Source of the DNA: Candidatus Krumholzibacteriia bacterium
GTDB lineage: Bacteria; Krumholzibacteriota; Krumholzibacteriia; Krumholzibacteriales; Krumholzibacteriaceae
Direction of reading: 5' to 3'
Length of the DNA: 64,000 nt
NCBI GenBank assembly: GCA_963836185.1
Contig: CAWIIQ010000001.1
Span: 704,001 to 768,000 of the forward strand
The number at the start of each line of letters is the position of its first letter. The stretch's first letter is position 1. The notes beneath the pieces are model-generated. The model saw nothing but the letters and a program-made list of their open reading frames with translations, had not been told where the DNA came from and did no database searches. The translations under genes were made by a program, and so were the position numbers. Below are positions 31,394 through 41,580 of the stretch, one piece after another.

Positions 31394-34300
31394 GGCGCGT
31401 ACCGGCATGTATACATGTTGCAGCCCTGCTGCTGGCACTTATGGTGGTTGTGCCGGCTGCTTCGCAGGCATATTCGATCTACGGCAGGATAACGGTAACA
31501 GGCCGCGCGGACCAGGGCGGAGTGACTGTATGGGTGGACTCGCTGCACGTCACGCAGACTTCCTCAGCGTTGACCTACCAGATAGAGGGATTGGAAGACG
31601 GCACATATACTGTTCATGCGTGGTCCGAAGACTGCCTTGCGCGGATCATAGGGACATGCACCATATCGGGCCAGGACGTGGTCGACATGGACGGGGAACT
31701 TTTCGCTGGAGACCTGTTAGCCGACGGACGGATCAACCTGCATGATTCCAGGGTCCTTCTCGACCACTATTTGGAGACTCCCGACAGCAGCGGATGGGAC
31801 GACAGGTTTGATGTCATCATTGATGATATCATAGATTCTCACGATATCGATCTGATTGCTTCACACTGGAGGGAGTCAGCCGATTCAGAACTGCCGGTAT
31901 GGTCCCTCGAGGTCGTGGAGCCCGGTGCGGCAACGATATGGGATGCCGGTCAGACCGGCCTGCCGATCCGCTGGATCACAGGAAACCTCGGCGGCATGGT
32001 CTCGATAGACCTTTCCAGGTATGGATCGAAGGTAGCGACGCTCACCGGATCGACTGAAAACGACGGTGAATATACTCTTGCGCAGCTTCCCGCGGGGCTG
32101 GACATGGGAGACGGATACCGCGTCTACATATTCTGCGACGAGACCCATCATGACATGGGAGAATATTTTTCGATCGTAAACACGATGATGATCAGCACGC
32201 CGAATTCCGGGACGACCTGGTTTGTCGGCGAGCAGGACGTGACTATAGAATGGGATCCATGGTATGAGGCCGGCGATGTCTCAATCTTCCTGATGACGTA
32301 TGATTCGATCATAGACACGATCGCATCTTCGATACCGAATGACGGGATCTTCGATGAGTATGACGTACCGGTTTCAGTGACGCCGGGTGGAGGCTATCGG
32401 ATCGAAATAGTAACAGGTACCGGCTACTCGGCCGGAAGCGACAATTTCGGGATCAGGCAGCCGCTCGAGGTCTATAATCCCGACAGTTCCAGGGCCTGGT
32501 GGCCTGACGGGTACGGGCACATCGAGTGGTGGAACAGGGCGGGCTCGACTTCTCCCGTCTCGCTGTACCTCTATAAAGGCGATGTGTTTAGTCACACTAT
32601 CGTCGAAGGAAGACAGTATGACCTGGAGTTTTACGGATGGACAGTTCCCGAGGGCCTCGAATCGGATGATGACTACAGGGTCAAGGCAAGTTACGACGAA
32701 TCGCCAGAGATCGGGTGCTTCAGCGAACATTTCCATATCAGGCCGAGGTTCCAGGTCTTCGAGCCGAACAGCTCCACGGTCTGGATGCAGGGACAGGAAA
32801 ATGTGACGATCTGGTGGGAGACGGCCGATCTCGGTGGGACAGTGACGATAAAGTTCCTTCGCGGAGACGCGCATATCGACGTGATCGCGGAGGACACCCC
32901 GAATGATGGTTTCTACGACGAGTACGACCTGCCGTACGATCTGCCCCTGGGCGACTATTACCGGGTCGAAGTCTATTACGACGAGATATTCCACGCATCG
33001 GGCGGTAATATTGAGATCGTAGAGGCTGTCGCTCCGGAAAATTGCATCTACTATGAACAATATCTTCACATGGCAGGATTCTGTGATACACCGGGTTCCG
33101 CGCGCGGTGTCGCCGTGTCGGGGAGCTATGTGTATATAGCGGACTACACGTATGGGCTTCAGGTAGTATATGCAGGCACGGCAGGATCGCCTCTCGTCGT
33201 GGGATCGGTCGATACGCCGGGTGAAGCTGTAGCTGTCGCCGTCTCGGGGAGCTTTGCTTATGTGGCGGACAGCTGGACAGGCCTGCAGATACTGGATATC
33301 AGCTCACCAGGATCGCCGGTGATCGTTGGTTCGATCGATACCCCGGGGTCTGCTAATGACGTCGATATCTCGGGGGATTATGCCTATGTGGCCGATCGAT
33401 CTTCCGGTCTCCAGATAATAGACATAAGCACGCCTGGATCACCGGTGATTTCAGGATCGATTGATACGCCGGAATCAGCAAACGATGTTACCGTCTCAGG
33501 AGATCTTGCTTTTATCGCAGACGGTTATTCCGGTCTTCAGATAATAGACATAAGCCCGCCTGAATCACCGGTTATCATCGGCTCGACCGATACACCGGGT
33601 GTTGCCTATGGCGTTGCTGTTTCTGGAGATTTTGCCTATGTCGCGGACTGGAATGAGGGCCTCCAGGTAATCGATATAGGCTCACCTGAATCGCCGGTGA
33701 TCGTTGGATCGGTCTATATACCAGGCGCGGGACCTGCCCGTAAGATCAAGGTTTCCGGTTACTACGCCTATGTAGCGGTCGGAGGTGTCGGTTTTAGGGT
33801 TATAGACATAAGAATCCCTGAATCACCTGTATTAATGGGAGTAATATACGCTGATGAGGCCTATGGCGTCGCATCCTATGGCGACAGGGCCTGGCTGGCG
33901 GCTGGGACTTTCGGTCCGATGGAAATCCGTGTCAGAAGTCCGCAGACACCGGAGTTCGTAGGGTCTGTCGAGACGCCGGGCACAGCCAAAGGCATTGCCA
34001 TATCGGGTGATTATGCATGTGTGGCTGACGGGAACAGTCTCCAGATAATCGATGTAAGCGTTCCGGGAGAACCGGTAATAGAGGGATTCCTGGACATGGA
34101 ACTGGAAGCTCTTGATGTTGCCGTCCAGGGAGATCATGCCTTCGTAGCCAACTATACATACGGCCTTCAGGTAATCGATATAAGTGCACCCGGATCACTG
34201 GCAGTCATCGGGTCGATCGATACGCCGGGCGCTGCATATAGTGTCGTCATCGATGGAAATTACGCCTATGTGGCGGATTATACTTCAGGGCTGCAGGTGA

Positions 34301-34815
34301 TCGATATCAGCACCCCGGGTTCACCGTCGATCGCCGGGTCAGTGGATACTCCGGGATATGCAAAGTGTGTCGCTGTCTCGCCAGGTTATGCATATATGGC
34401 GGACGGGAATCTGGGTCTACAGATAATAGACATCGGAGTACCCGGATCGCCGTTCCTCGCTGGATCTGTCGACACTCCCGGTGACGCGCTCGGTGTAGCT
34501 GTCTCGGGGAATCATGTTTTTGTAGCGGACAGGTTCTCCGGCCTGCAGGTGATCGACATCAGCAATCCTCATCACCCGGAGATCGTTGGGTCTATCGATA
34601 CACCGGGCGGAGCCTACGGTGTCGCGGTCTCAGGAGACTATGCCTATGTGGCGGATTATGGTTCAGGCCTGCAGGTGATCGATATCAGCACCTTCGCCTC
34701 GCCTTTTCTGACAGGATCTATTGACACGCCCGATAATAACTTCTGTATAACGATCTCGGGGGAATACGGCTATATGACGGGCCTCTATATTGTCAACCTG
34801 CAGTGCGCGCCCTGA
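31390..34815 (+). CDS. Secreted X-module/dockerin + 4 Ser/Thr-rich Ig-like (Kre9/KNH-like) domains + 14 LVIVD repeats
   Basis: Signal peptide; GDLLADGRINLHD...DVIIDDIIDSHD duplicated EF-like loops; four P.....W..G....I.W...NDG...Y.V repeats; GS.DTPG.A..V..SG.YAYVAD...GLQ.IDI repeats; ATGA overlap with the upstream gene. Confidence 0.8.
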   Translation: MRRVPACIHVAALLLALMVVVPAASQAYSIYGRITVTGRADQGGVTVWVDSLHVTQTSSALTYQIEGLEDGTYTVHAWSEDCLARIIGTCTISGQDVVDMDGELFAGDLLADGRINLHDSRVLLDHYLETPDSSGWDDRFDVIIDDIIDSHDIDLIASHWRESADSELPVWSLEVVEPGAATIWDAGQTGLPIRWITGNLGGMVSIDLSRYGSKVATLTGSTENDGEYTLAQLPAGLDMGDGYRVYIFCDETHHDMGEYFSIVNTMMISTPNSGTTWFVGEQDVTIEWDPWYEAGDVSIFLMTYDSIIDTIASSIPNDGIFDEYDVPVSVTPGGGYRIEIVTGTGYSAGSDNFGIRQPLEVYNPDSSRAWWPDGYGHIEWWNRAGSTSPVSLYLYKGDVFSHTIVEGRQYDLEFYGWTVPEGLESDDDYRVKASYDESPEIGCFSEHFHIRPRFQVFEPNSSTVWMQGQENVTIWWETADLGGTVTIKFLRGDAHIDVIAEDTPNDGFYDEYDLPYDLPLGDYYRVEVYYDEIFHASGGNIEIVEAVAPENCIYYEQYLHMAGFCDTPGSARGVAVSGSYVYIADYTYGLQVVYAGTAGSPLVVGSVDTPGEAVAVAVSGSFAYVADSWTGLQILDISSPGSPVIVGSIDTPGSANDVDISGDYAYVADRSSGLQIIDISTPGSPVISGSIDTPESANDVTVSGDLAFIADGYSGLQIIDISPPESPVIIGSTDTPGVAYGVAVSGDFAYVADWNEGLQVIDIGSPESPVIVGSVYIPGAGPARKIKVSGYYAYVAVGGVGFRVIDIRIPESPVLMGVIYADEAYGVASYGDRAWLAAGTFGPMEIRVRSPQTPEFVGSVETPGTAKGIAISGDYACVADGNSLQIIDVSVPGEPVIEGFLDMELEALDVAVQGDHAFVANYTYGLQVIDISAPGSLAVIGSIDTPGAAYSVVIDGNYAYVADYTSGLQVIDISTPGSPSIAGSVDTPGYAKCVAVSPGYAYMADGNLGLQIIDIGVPGSPFLAGSVDTPGDALGVAVSGNHVFVADRFSGLQVIDISNPHHPEIVGSIDTPGGAYGVAVSGDYAYVADYGSGLQVIDISTFASPFLTGSIDTPDNNFCITISGEYGYMTGLYIVNLQCAP
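33076..34812 (+). repeat. About 14 tandem ~126-bp LVIVD-coding repeats
   Basis: 42-aa period; near-identical DNA at ~34263-34312 and ~34642-34692. Confidence 0.85.
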
Positions 34816-34845
34816 TTCAGCCTGAATAATCCTCCCTTTAGCCGG

Positions 34846-34874
34846 TTGACACTGCTATTGCCCTTCTTTATAAT
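34846..34874 (+). promoter_or_regulatory. Consensus sigma70 promoter of the V/A-ATPase operon
   Basis: TTGACA (34846-51), 17 bp, TATAAT (34869-74). Confidence 0.85.
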
Positions 34875-34926
34875 CCCCACTTATTCATTCTCGGGACTGG
34901 CTGAATTTCAAAGACTTGGAGCGGTC

Positions 34927-35238
34927 TTGAAAGAGATAGTCAAACAGATCATGGAGACCGAGACGGAGGTCCGCGAGGCAGTCGACAATGCCCGCGCCGA
35001 GGCTCAGAAGATCGTGCGCGAGGCTGAGGCTCAGTCGAGGGACGTCATCGAGAAAGGGCGCCAGAACGCGATAAGGGAGTCACAGGAACTCGTCGCGAAA
35101 TACCGCAGTGACGCCGAGGCCGAACGCAAGAGGCAGGTCGACGCGGTAAAGGGCGGGAGCGAAGAGCTTCTCGCCAGCAAGGCTGTCCACATCGAGGCCG
35201 CCGCGGTCAAGGTGCTCGATATCGTCAAGGGAGCCTGA
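34927..35238 (+). CDS. V/A-type ATPase peripheral stalk subunit G/H
   Basis: Coiled coil MKEIVKQIMETE...ARAEAQKIVREAE; first gene of the operon; TTG start. Confidence 0.75.
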   Translation: MKEIVKQIMETETEVREAVDNARAEAQKIVREAEAQSRDVIEKGRQNAIRESQELVAKYRSDAEAERKRQVDAVKGGSEELLASKAVHIEAAAVKVLDIVKGA

Positions 35239-35268
35239 CGGCGGACTGACCCGTCACGAAACAGCGCG

Positions 35269-36330
35269 ATGATATTCAGACCTGTAAGCAAGTATTCTCT
35301 GGTCAACGCCAAGGTCCGCGCGAGGCTCAGCACACTGCTGACCCCTGAGCAGATCGACCGGCTTGCCGACACCCGCGACCTCGCCGAGTTCTACTCGGCC
35401 CTCGCCGGGACCGTCTACGAGGAAATATTCGAGCAGCCCGAGATAGCCTTCGACCCGCGGGTCGGCGAGCGCCTGCTCCTCGAGCGGGAGATCGAGTGGC
35501 ACTCGGAGCTCCTCAAGGACGTAAAGGGCGCCGAGAAGGCACTGATCTCTACCTTTCTCGAGAAGTACGAGATCGAGAACCTCAAGACAGCGCTGAGGAT
35601 ACGTGAGGGCAACCGCGACCTCGAAGAGATGAAATACATGCTCCGAAGGCAGCTTCCCAACTCGCTCCCGTACCAGGCGATAGCCGAGGCGGGTTCGCTC
35701 GAGGAGGCGGTTTCCTTCCTGTACGGTTCCCCTTACCTGGCCGCGATCAACGCCGTTTTTGACGACTACAGGGAAAAGAAGACACTCTTTCCCGTCGAGA
35801 TAAACCTCGAGATAGACTATTACCGCAGGCTGAAGGAGAAGGTCGAGGCTCTGGGGAAAAGGGACAGGGTGATAGCACGCAAACTCATCGGGCTCGAGAT
35901 CGACCGCAAGAACCTGGCCTGGCTCGTCAGGCTGAAGTTCTACTACGACATTCCGACAGGGGATCTCTTCGAATACAACATCCCCGGCGGGTACAGGATG
36001 ACGACCGACAGGCTTCGGCAGTCGTTCAAGGCGGAGTCGATAAAGGATGTCCTTAACCTCGCCCTGGAGAAATCTTTCAAGAACGCTTCCGAGATACTCG
36101 TGCGCGGCGAGGAGCTGAGCAAGCTCTACCTGCTCGAGATAATCCTCTGGAATTACCAGATCGCTGAGGCGAAGAAGACGCTGGGCGGTTTTCCCTTTAC
36201 AATAGGGACGATACTGTCGTACCTCATACTGAAGCGCACCGAGGTACGCAACATCATAACGATACTGAACGGCAAGGTCTACAAGATGGACCGCATCGCC
36301 ATCGAGAGCCATTTGAGGGTCGCTTTCTGA
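35269..36330 (+). CDS. atpC: V/A-type ATPase subunit C (V0 d-like)
   Basis: YSLVNAKVRA, YEIENLK, EIDRKNL, SYLILKRTEVRNI. Confidence 0.88.
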   Translation: MIFRPVSKYSLVNAKVRARLSTLLTPEQIDRLADTRDLAEFYSALAGTVYEEIFEQPEIAFDPRVGERLLLEREIEWHSELLKDVKGAEKALISTFLEKYEIENLKTALRIREGNRDLEEMKYMLRRQLPNSLPYQAIAEAGSLEEAVSFLYGSPYLAAINAVFDDYREKKTLFPVEINLEIDYYRRLKEKVEALGKRDRVIARKLIGLEIDRKNLAWLVRLKFYYDIPTGDLFEYNIPGGYRMTTDRLRQSFKAESIKDVLNLALEKSFKNASEILVRGEELSKLYLLEIILWNYQIAEAKKTLGGFPFTIGTILSYLILKRTEVRNIITILNGKVYKMDRIAIESHLRVAF

Positions 36331-36343
36331 GCCGGAGAAACCG

Positions 36344-38341
36344 ATGTTTACGCCTGAACGGATGCACCAGATCAATGTGATGGTCTTCGAGACCGAGGTA
36401 GACGACGTCGCCAAGGCGATCGTCCGTCTCGGCATCCTGCATCTCGTCCAGCTCGACGATGCCCAGCCGTGGATCGAACAGCTCGGGCAGTTCGAGGCGG
36501 GCAAGGTATCCTCGAAGATCGACAGGCTCTACAACAGGGTCACCGACCTGATGAAGGATCTCGGGATACGCGAGCTGCCGCTGGAGGAAGGGGACACGAA
36601 GCTCCTCGAGACTTCGATCACCGATTTCGACGAGATGGAGACCGAGGTGACCGAGCTGGAGAAGAAGGTCACCGGACTCGTCCTTCGCCGCAAGGAGCTC
36701 GAGGTACACCTCGAGAGGATGCAGGGTATTCTCAACGAGGTCTCACCCCTTACCGAGCTCGGCCTTCCTCCCGGCCAGGCACCCTACACATTCCTCGAGG
36801 TCAGGTACGGCCATGTGAGCGCCGAAGGCCTCGAGCTGATCCGCGAGAAGTTCGCCCCGCTGGCAGCCGTAGTGATCCCCCTGACGCAGCGTGACGGCAG
36901 GGAGCTGATCCTTCTTATCGGCCTAAAGACAGACCGGCTCAAGCTCAAGAGGATCCTGCGCGACGCGGCGTTCGAGGATATAGATATGCCTGCCGGCGAA
37001 GAGGCGAGGGAGGAAGCCGGCCTCGTCACGGGCGAGCTCGAGGAGCGGATAGAGAAGATAAAAGAGCAGATCGACGAACTTAAGGAGAAGCTCGCCGGGC
37101 TCAATCAGGAGTACGCGCCGATCCTGACCGGATTCAACAGGTCGCTGCGTGTAGCCGAGATGCTGCTCAAGGTAAAGAGCTATCTGAAGAAGACACGCAA
37201 GACATACATATTCTCCGGCTGGGTGCCGAGCGACCGCAAGCGGGAGGTCGAGGGAGAGATCCTCAGGGCGGCAAAGGGGCGCGCGATCGTCGAGATCATC
37301 TCACCGGAGGAGATCACCGGCGTCAAGGGTGGCGACATGAAGGTCCCCGTGATGCTCAAGAACCCCGGATTCTTCAGGCCGTTCGAGATGCTTGTCTCGA
37401 GCTACGGCCTGCCCGAATACAAGTTCATAGATCCGACTGTTTTTGTGGCGATATCGTTCCTGATCATGTTCGGGATGATGTTCGGCGACGTCGGGCACGG
37501 GATAGTGCTCTGCGTGATAGGTTGGCTGCTAGGCTTCAGGAAAGGCAACAGGAGCGACGGCGTGACTCTTGTCGGCAAGCTCGGGTTCTACTGCGGGCTC
37601 GCGTCAATCGTATTCGGCTTCCTGTACGGATCGATATTCGGCGTCGAAACGTGGATACCACATCTCTGGCTCTCGCCGATGCACGAGATCGGCAGGTTCT
37701 TCAAGTTCGCGATATTCTTCGGCGTGGGTATGATATCGGTCGGGATACTGCTAAATATTGTCAACGCAATGCGGGCAAGAGACTTCAAGGGGACGTTCTT
37801 CGATCATGCCGGGCTGATTAGCGCCATTCTGTACTGGTGCGGCATCGGCGCGGCCGCCATATTCATGCGGAACAAGCCAGTTCCGATACAGCTCGTAGCG
37901 TTTGGTATCGTATTGCCCGTTCTTCTTTTCTTCCTCAGGGAACCGCTTGCGGCGATCTTCGGCAAACGAAAGATGAGGTTCGAGACGGGCGTCGGAACAT
38001 ACATAATGGAATCTGTGATCGAGGTCATCGAGATAATCACGGGATATCTCGGCAATACCGTGTCGTTCATCCGCGTCGCCGCCTTCGCGCTGGCGCACGC
38101 GGGACTGTTCATCGCGGTATTCAGCCTTGTCGACCTCGTCAAGAACAAGAGCGGCGGTTTGATCTGGGCCGCGCTGATATTCATCATCGGCAACGTCGTG
38201 ATCATAGCTCTCGAAGGAATGGTTGTAACGATCCAGGCTATCCGGCTGGAGTACTACGAGTTCTTCGGCAAGTTCTTCATGGGTGGCGGGACAGCGTATA
38301 AACCGATCGGCCTGGGCGGGAAACCGGGCCGGAAAGAGTGA
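36344..38341 (+). CDS. atpI: V/A-type ATPase subunit I (a)
   Basis: GWVP, FGMMFGDVGHG, NTVSFIRVAAFALAH, QAIRLEYYEFF. Confidence 0.95.
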   Translation: MFTPERMHQINVMVFETEVDDVAKAIVRLGILHLVQLDDAQPWIEQLGQFEAGKVSSKIDRLYNRVTDLMKDLGIRELPLEEGDTKLLETSITDFDEMETEVTELEKKVTGLVLRRKELEVHLERMQGILNEVSPLTELGLPPGQAPYTFLEVRYGHVSAEGLELIREKFAPLAAVVIPLTQRDGRELILLIGLKTDRLKLKRILRDAAFEDIDMPAGEEAREEAGLVTGELEERIEKIKEQIDELKEKLAGLNQEYAPILTGFNRSLRVAEMLLKVKSYLKKTRKTYIFSGWVPSDRKREVEGEILRAAKGRAIVEIISPEEITGVKGGDMKVPVMLKNPGFFRPFEMLVSSYGLPEYKFIDPTVFVAISFLIMFGMMFGDVGHGIVLCVIGWLLGFRKGNRSDGVTLVGKLGFYCGLASIVFGFLYGSIFGVETWIPHLWLSPMHEIGRFFKFAIFFGVGMISVGILLNIVNAMRARDFKGTFFDHAGLISAILYWCGIGAAAIFMRNKPVPIQLVAFGIVLPVLLFFLREPLAAIFGKRKMRFETGVGTYIMESVIEVIEIITGYLGNTVSFIRVAAFALAHAGLFIAVFSLVDLVKNKSGGLIWAALIFIIGNVVIIALEGMVVTIQAIRLEYYEFFGKFFMGGGTAYKPIGLGGKPGRKE

Positions 38342-38764
<423 letters not shown>

Positions 38765-38802
38765 CCGGGGCGAAGAATCGGGAAGCGTGGAGAGTTTGAG
38801 CA

Positions 38803-39108
38803 ATGAAGTTCTACGTCATAGCGGACGAGAACACGGTGACGGCTTTCAAGCTTGTCGGCCTCGAGGGTGAGGCCGTCGAATCGCCTGAGGGCGCGCGTGA
38901 GGCGCTCTCAAAGGCATTCGAGTCGAGAGAGACCGGCATCGTGATCATTACCGAGAGGATAGCCGATACGATCCGCGACGAGATCGAGGATTTCACGTTC
39001 GGGCATGCCTTTCCTCTTATCATCGAGGTCCCCGATCGTGAGGGGCCGGTCGAAGGCAGGGTCTCGATAAGGGAACTGGTCAACAGCGCGGTAGGGGTAA
39101 AGATATAG
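38803..39108 (+). CDS. atpF: V/A-type ATPase subunit F
   Basis: IADENTVTAFKLVG, GIVIITE, PLIIEVPD. Confidence 0.92.
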   Translation: MKFYVIADENTVTAFKLVGLEGEAVESPEGAREALSKAFESRETGIVIITERIADTIRDEIEDFTFGHAFPLIIEVPDREGPVEGRVSIRELVNSAVGVKI

Positions 39109-39142
39109 AGCGGCGCGCGGCGCGCTGCAGGGAGCGGTCAAA

Positions 39143-39802
39143 GTGGTCGACAAGGAATCGGTAGAAAAGATCTGCGAACAGATAAGAGAGGACGGCGAAA
39201 GGGAGATCGCCTCGATACTCGACAAAGCTCGCAGCACCGCCGCTGACATCCTCGGCAAGGCCGAGGCGAAAGGCAGCGAGGCGACTGAGAAGATAATGCG
39301 GGACGCTAGGGAGAGGGGCGAGACGGAAAGCCGCCGCCTGCTGTCCAGCGTCAACATCGAGGTCCGGCGCACGAAGCTCAAGTCACGCGAGGATGTAGTA
39401 GGGGTGATCAGAAAGAAGGTCGAGGAGGAACTGGCCGGTATCCGGTCATCCGGCGATTATCCCGGGATCCTCACTCGCCTTGTAGTTGAAGCGATCCTCG
39501 GGCTCGAGGGCAAATCGTTCATCGTCTACGTCGACAAGAAGGACCTCGGCCTGCTCGAGGAGAAGGTCTTCCCCCGTGTGAAGGAGATGATGGAGGCGGA
39601 GTCTTCTCCGGTGAGCTCCCTCCAGGCTCGGCCGCTCGAGAAATCCTCCACCGGAGGGGCCCGGGTCGGCCATCCTGGCGGTAAGGTTATATATGACAAT
39701 ACGTTTGAGGCGCGGCTCTTCAGGTACCGCGATGATATAAGGATGACGATATTCGACGAGGTCTTCTACTCGGAAGACGGCGGGGAGACGGGCAGTGCTT
39801 GA
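39143..39802 (+). CDS. atpE: V/A-type ATPase subunit E
   Basis: N-terminal coiled coil; GGARV...YDNTFEARL. Confidence 0.88.
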   Translation: MVDKESVEKICEQIREDGEREIASILDKARSTAADILGKAEAKGSEATEKIMRDARERGETESRRLLSSVNIEVRRTKLKSREDVVGVIRKKVEEELAGIRSSGDYPGILTRLVVEAILGLEGKSFIVYVDKKDLGLLEEKVFPRVKEMMEAESSPVSSLQARPLEKSSTGGARVGHPGGKVIYDNTFEARLFRYRDDIRMTIFDEVFYSEDGGETGSA

Positions 39803-41565
39803 GATAATCGGACAGGTCGACAAGGTAATAGGGCCGGTGGTCCATGCCCGCGGGGTCGAAAAGGCGAAGATGCTCGACCTCGTCGAGGTGGGCGAGTTCC
39901 ACCTCGTCGGCGAGATAGTCAAGCTCGACGGCGAGAGGGCAGTGATCCAGGTATACGAAGATACGACGGGCCTCGCGCCGGGGACCAATATCTACTCCGC
40001 CGGTGTTCCCCTGTCGGTCGAGCTCGGGCCGGGCCTGATAGGTACGATCTACGATGGCATCCAGCGCCCGCTCGAAAAGATCCGCGACACGTCGGGTCAG
40101 TATATCCAGAAGGGTATACATATGTCGGCGCTCGACAAGGAGAAGCGCTGGCTCTTCACGCCCGCGCTCGCGGTCGGCGACGAGGTCGCCGGCGGCGAGA
40201 CTGTCGGCACCGTCCAGGAGACGCGAGCTGATCGAGCACCGCGTGCTCGTCCCGCCATCGGTCAACGGCAAGGTGACCTGGATTGCCGAAGAGGGCGAAT
40301 ACACTGTCGCCGACGTCGTGGCGAGGACGGAGAACGCCGACGGCGAGTGCTTCGAGGTGCATCTCGCCCAGCGCTGGCCGGTGAGGAAGGGGCGCCCGAC
40401 GGGTGATCGCCTGCCGCTGAGCATACCGCTGATCACGGGGCAGAGAGTGATCGATACGCTCTTCCCCGTCGCCAAGGGAGGCACCGTCGTTGTGCCCGGC
40501 GGATTCGGGACGGGCAAGACGATGACCCAGCACGCCCTCGCCAAGTGGAGCGACGCCGATATCATCGTATACATCGGGTGCGGAGAGCGCGGGAACGAGA
40601 TGACAGACGTTCTGATCGAGTTCCCCAAGCTGATCGATCCGCGCACCGAGCGTCCGATCATGGAACGAACGATAATGATCGCCAATACATCAAATATGCC
40701 GGTGGCGGCGCGCGAGGCGTCGATCTACACCGGCATCACGATAGCGGAGTATTACCGCGACCAGGGCTACCACGTAGCCATCATGGCCGATTCGACCTCG
40801 CGCTGGGCCGAAGCGCTCAGGGAGCTCTCCGGCCGGATGGAAGAGATGCCCGCCGACGAGGGGTATCCCGCCTACCTGCCGACGAGGCTCGCCGAGTTCT
40901 ACGAGCGCGCCGGGATGGTCGAGACGCTCGAGGGCAAGGAAGGCTCGATCTCGATCGTCGGTTCGGTATCGCCTCCCGGAGGCGATTTCTCCGAGCCGGT
41001 CACGCAGCATTCGAAGCGGTTCGTGCGCTGCATGTGGGCGCTCGACCGCCAGCTCGCCAACGCCCGCCATTACCCGGCGATCTCGTGGCTCGACAGTTAC
41101 AGCGAGTATGTAGAAGAGATCAGCGGATGGTGGCAGGAACAGTCAGGCGGCGAGTGGGGAGAGCTGCGGCGAAGGATCATGGACCTGCTCCAGCAGGAGG
41201 GCAAGCTCCAGCAGGTCGTCAAGCTCGTCGGCCCCGACGTGCTTCCCGACACCCAGAGGATAGTCCTCGAGACGTGCACCCTGTTCAAGAACGCGTTCCT
41301 TCAGCAGAACTCGTTCGATCCGAACGACATGTACTGCACGCCCGAGAAGCAGATAAAGATGCTGCAGGTCATACTGGATTTCTACGACCGCGGCGTCGAG
41401 GTGATAAGAAAGGGCGCGAACATCCACCAGATCAAGAAGCTCGAGGTCTACTCGGATATTCTGAGGATCAAGTTCGCCGTCCGCAATGACGAGATAGAGA
41501 AAATCGATGCAATCAGGGATAAACTCGGCCGCTCGATGGAGCGCATAGGCGATATGTTCGACTAG
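39795..41565 (+). CDS. atpA: V/A-type ATPase catalytic subunit A (+1 frameshift near 40224)
   Basis: [55 protein letters not shown]. Confidence 0.95.
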
Positions 41566-41580
41566 AGAATGGTGATCTGA

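Noticed and set aside
33076-34812. Periodic repeats as a CRISPR array or DGR template/variable repeat
   Set aside because: In-frame degenerate protein repeats; no constant repeat with unique spacers, no cas gene or reverse transcriptase, and differences are not adenine-specific.
34846-34926. ORF-track start of the V-ATPase G/H subunit
   Set aside because: That TTG is the -35 box of the promoter; the real start is likely 34927.
40200-40240. Programmed frameshift or pseudogenisation of atpA (and of other split genes)
   Set aside because: No slippery sequence; the same +1 pattern hits many unrelated genes; the rest of the operon is intact.
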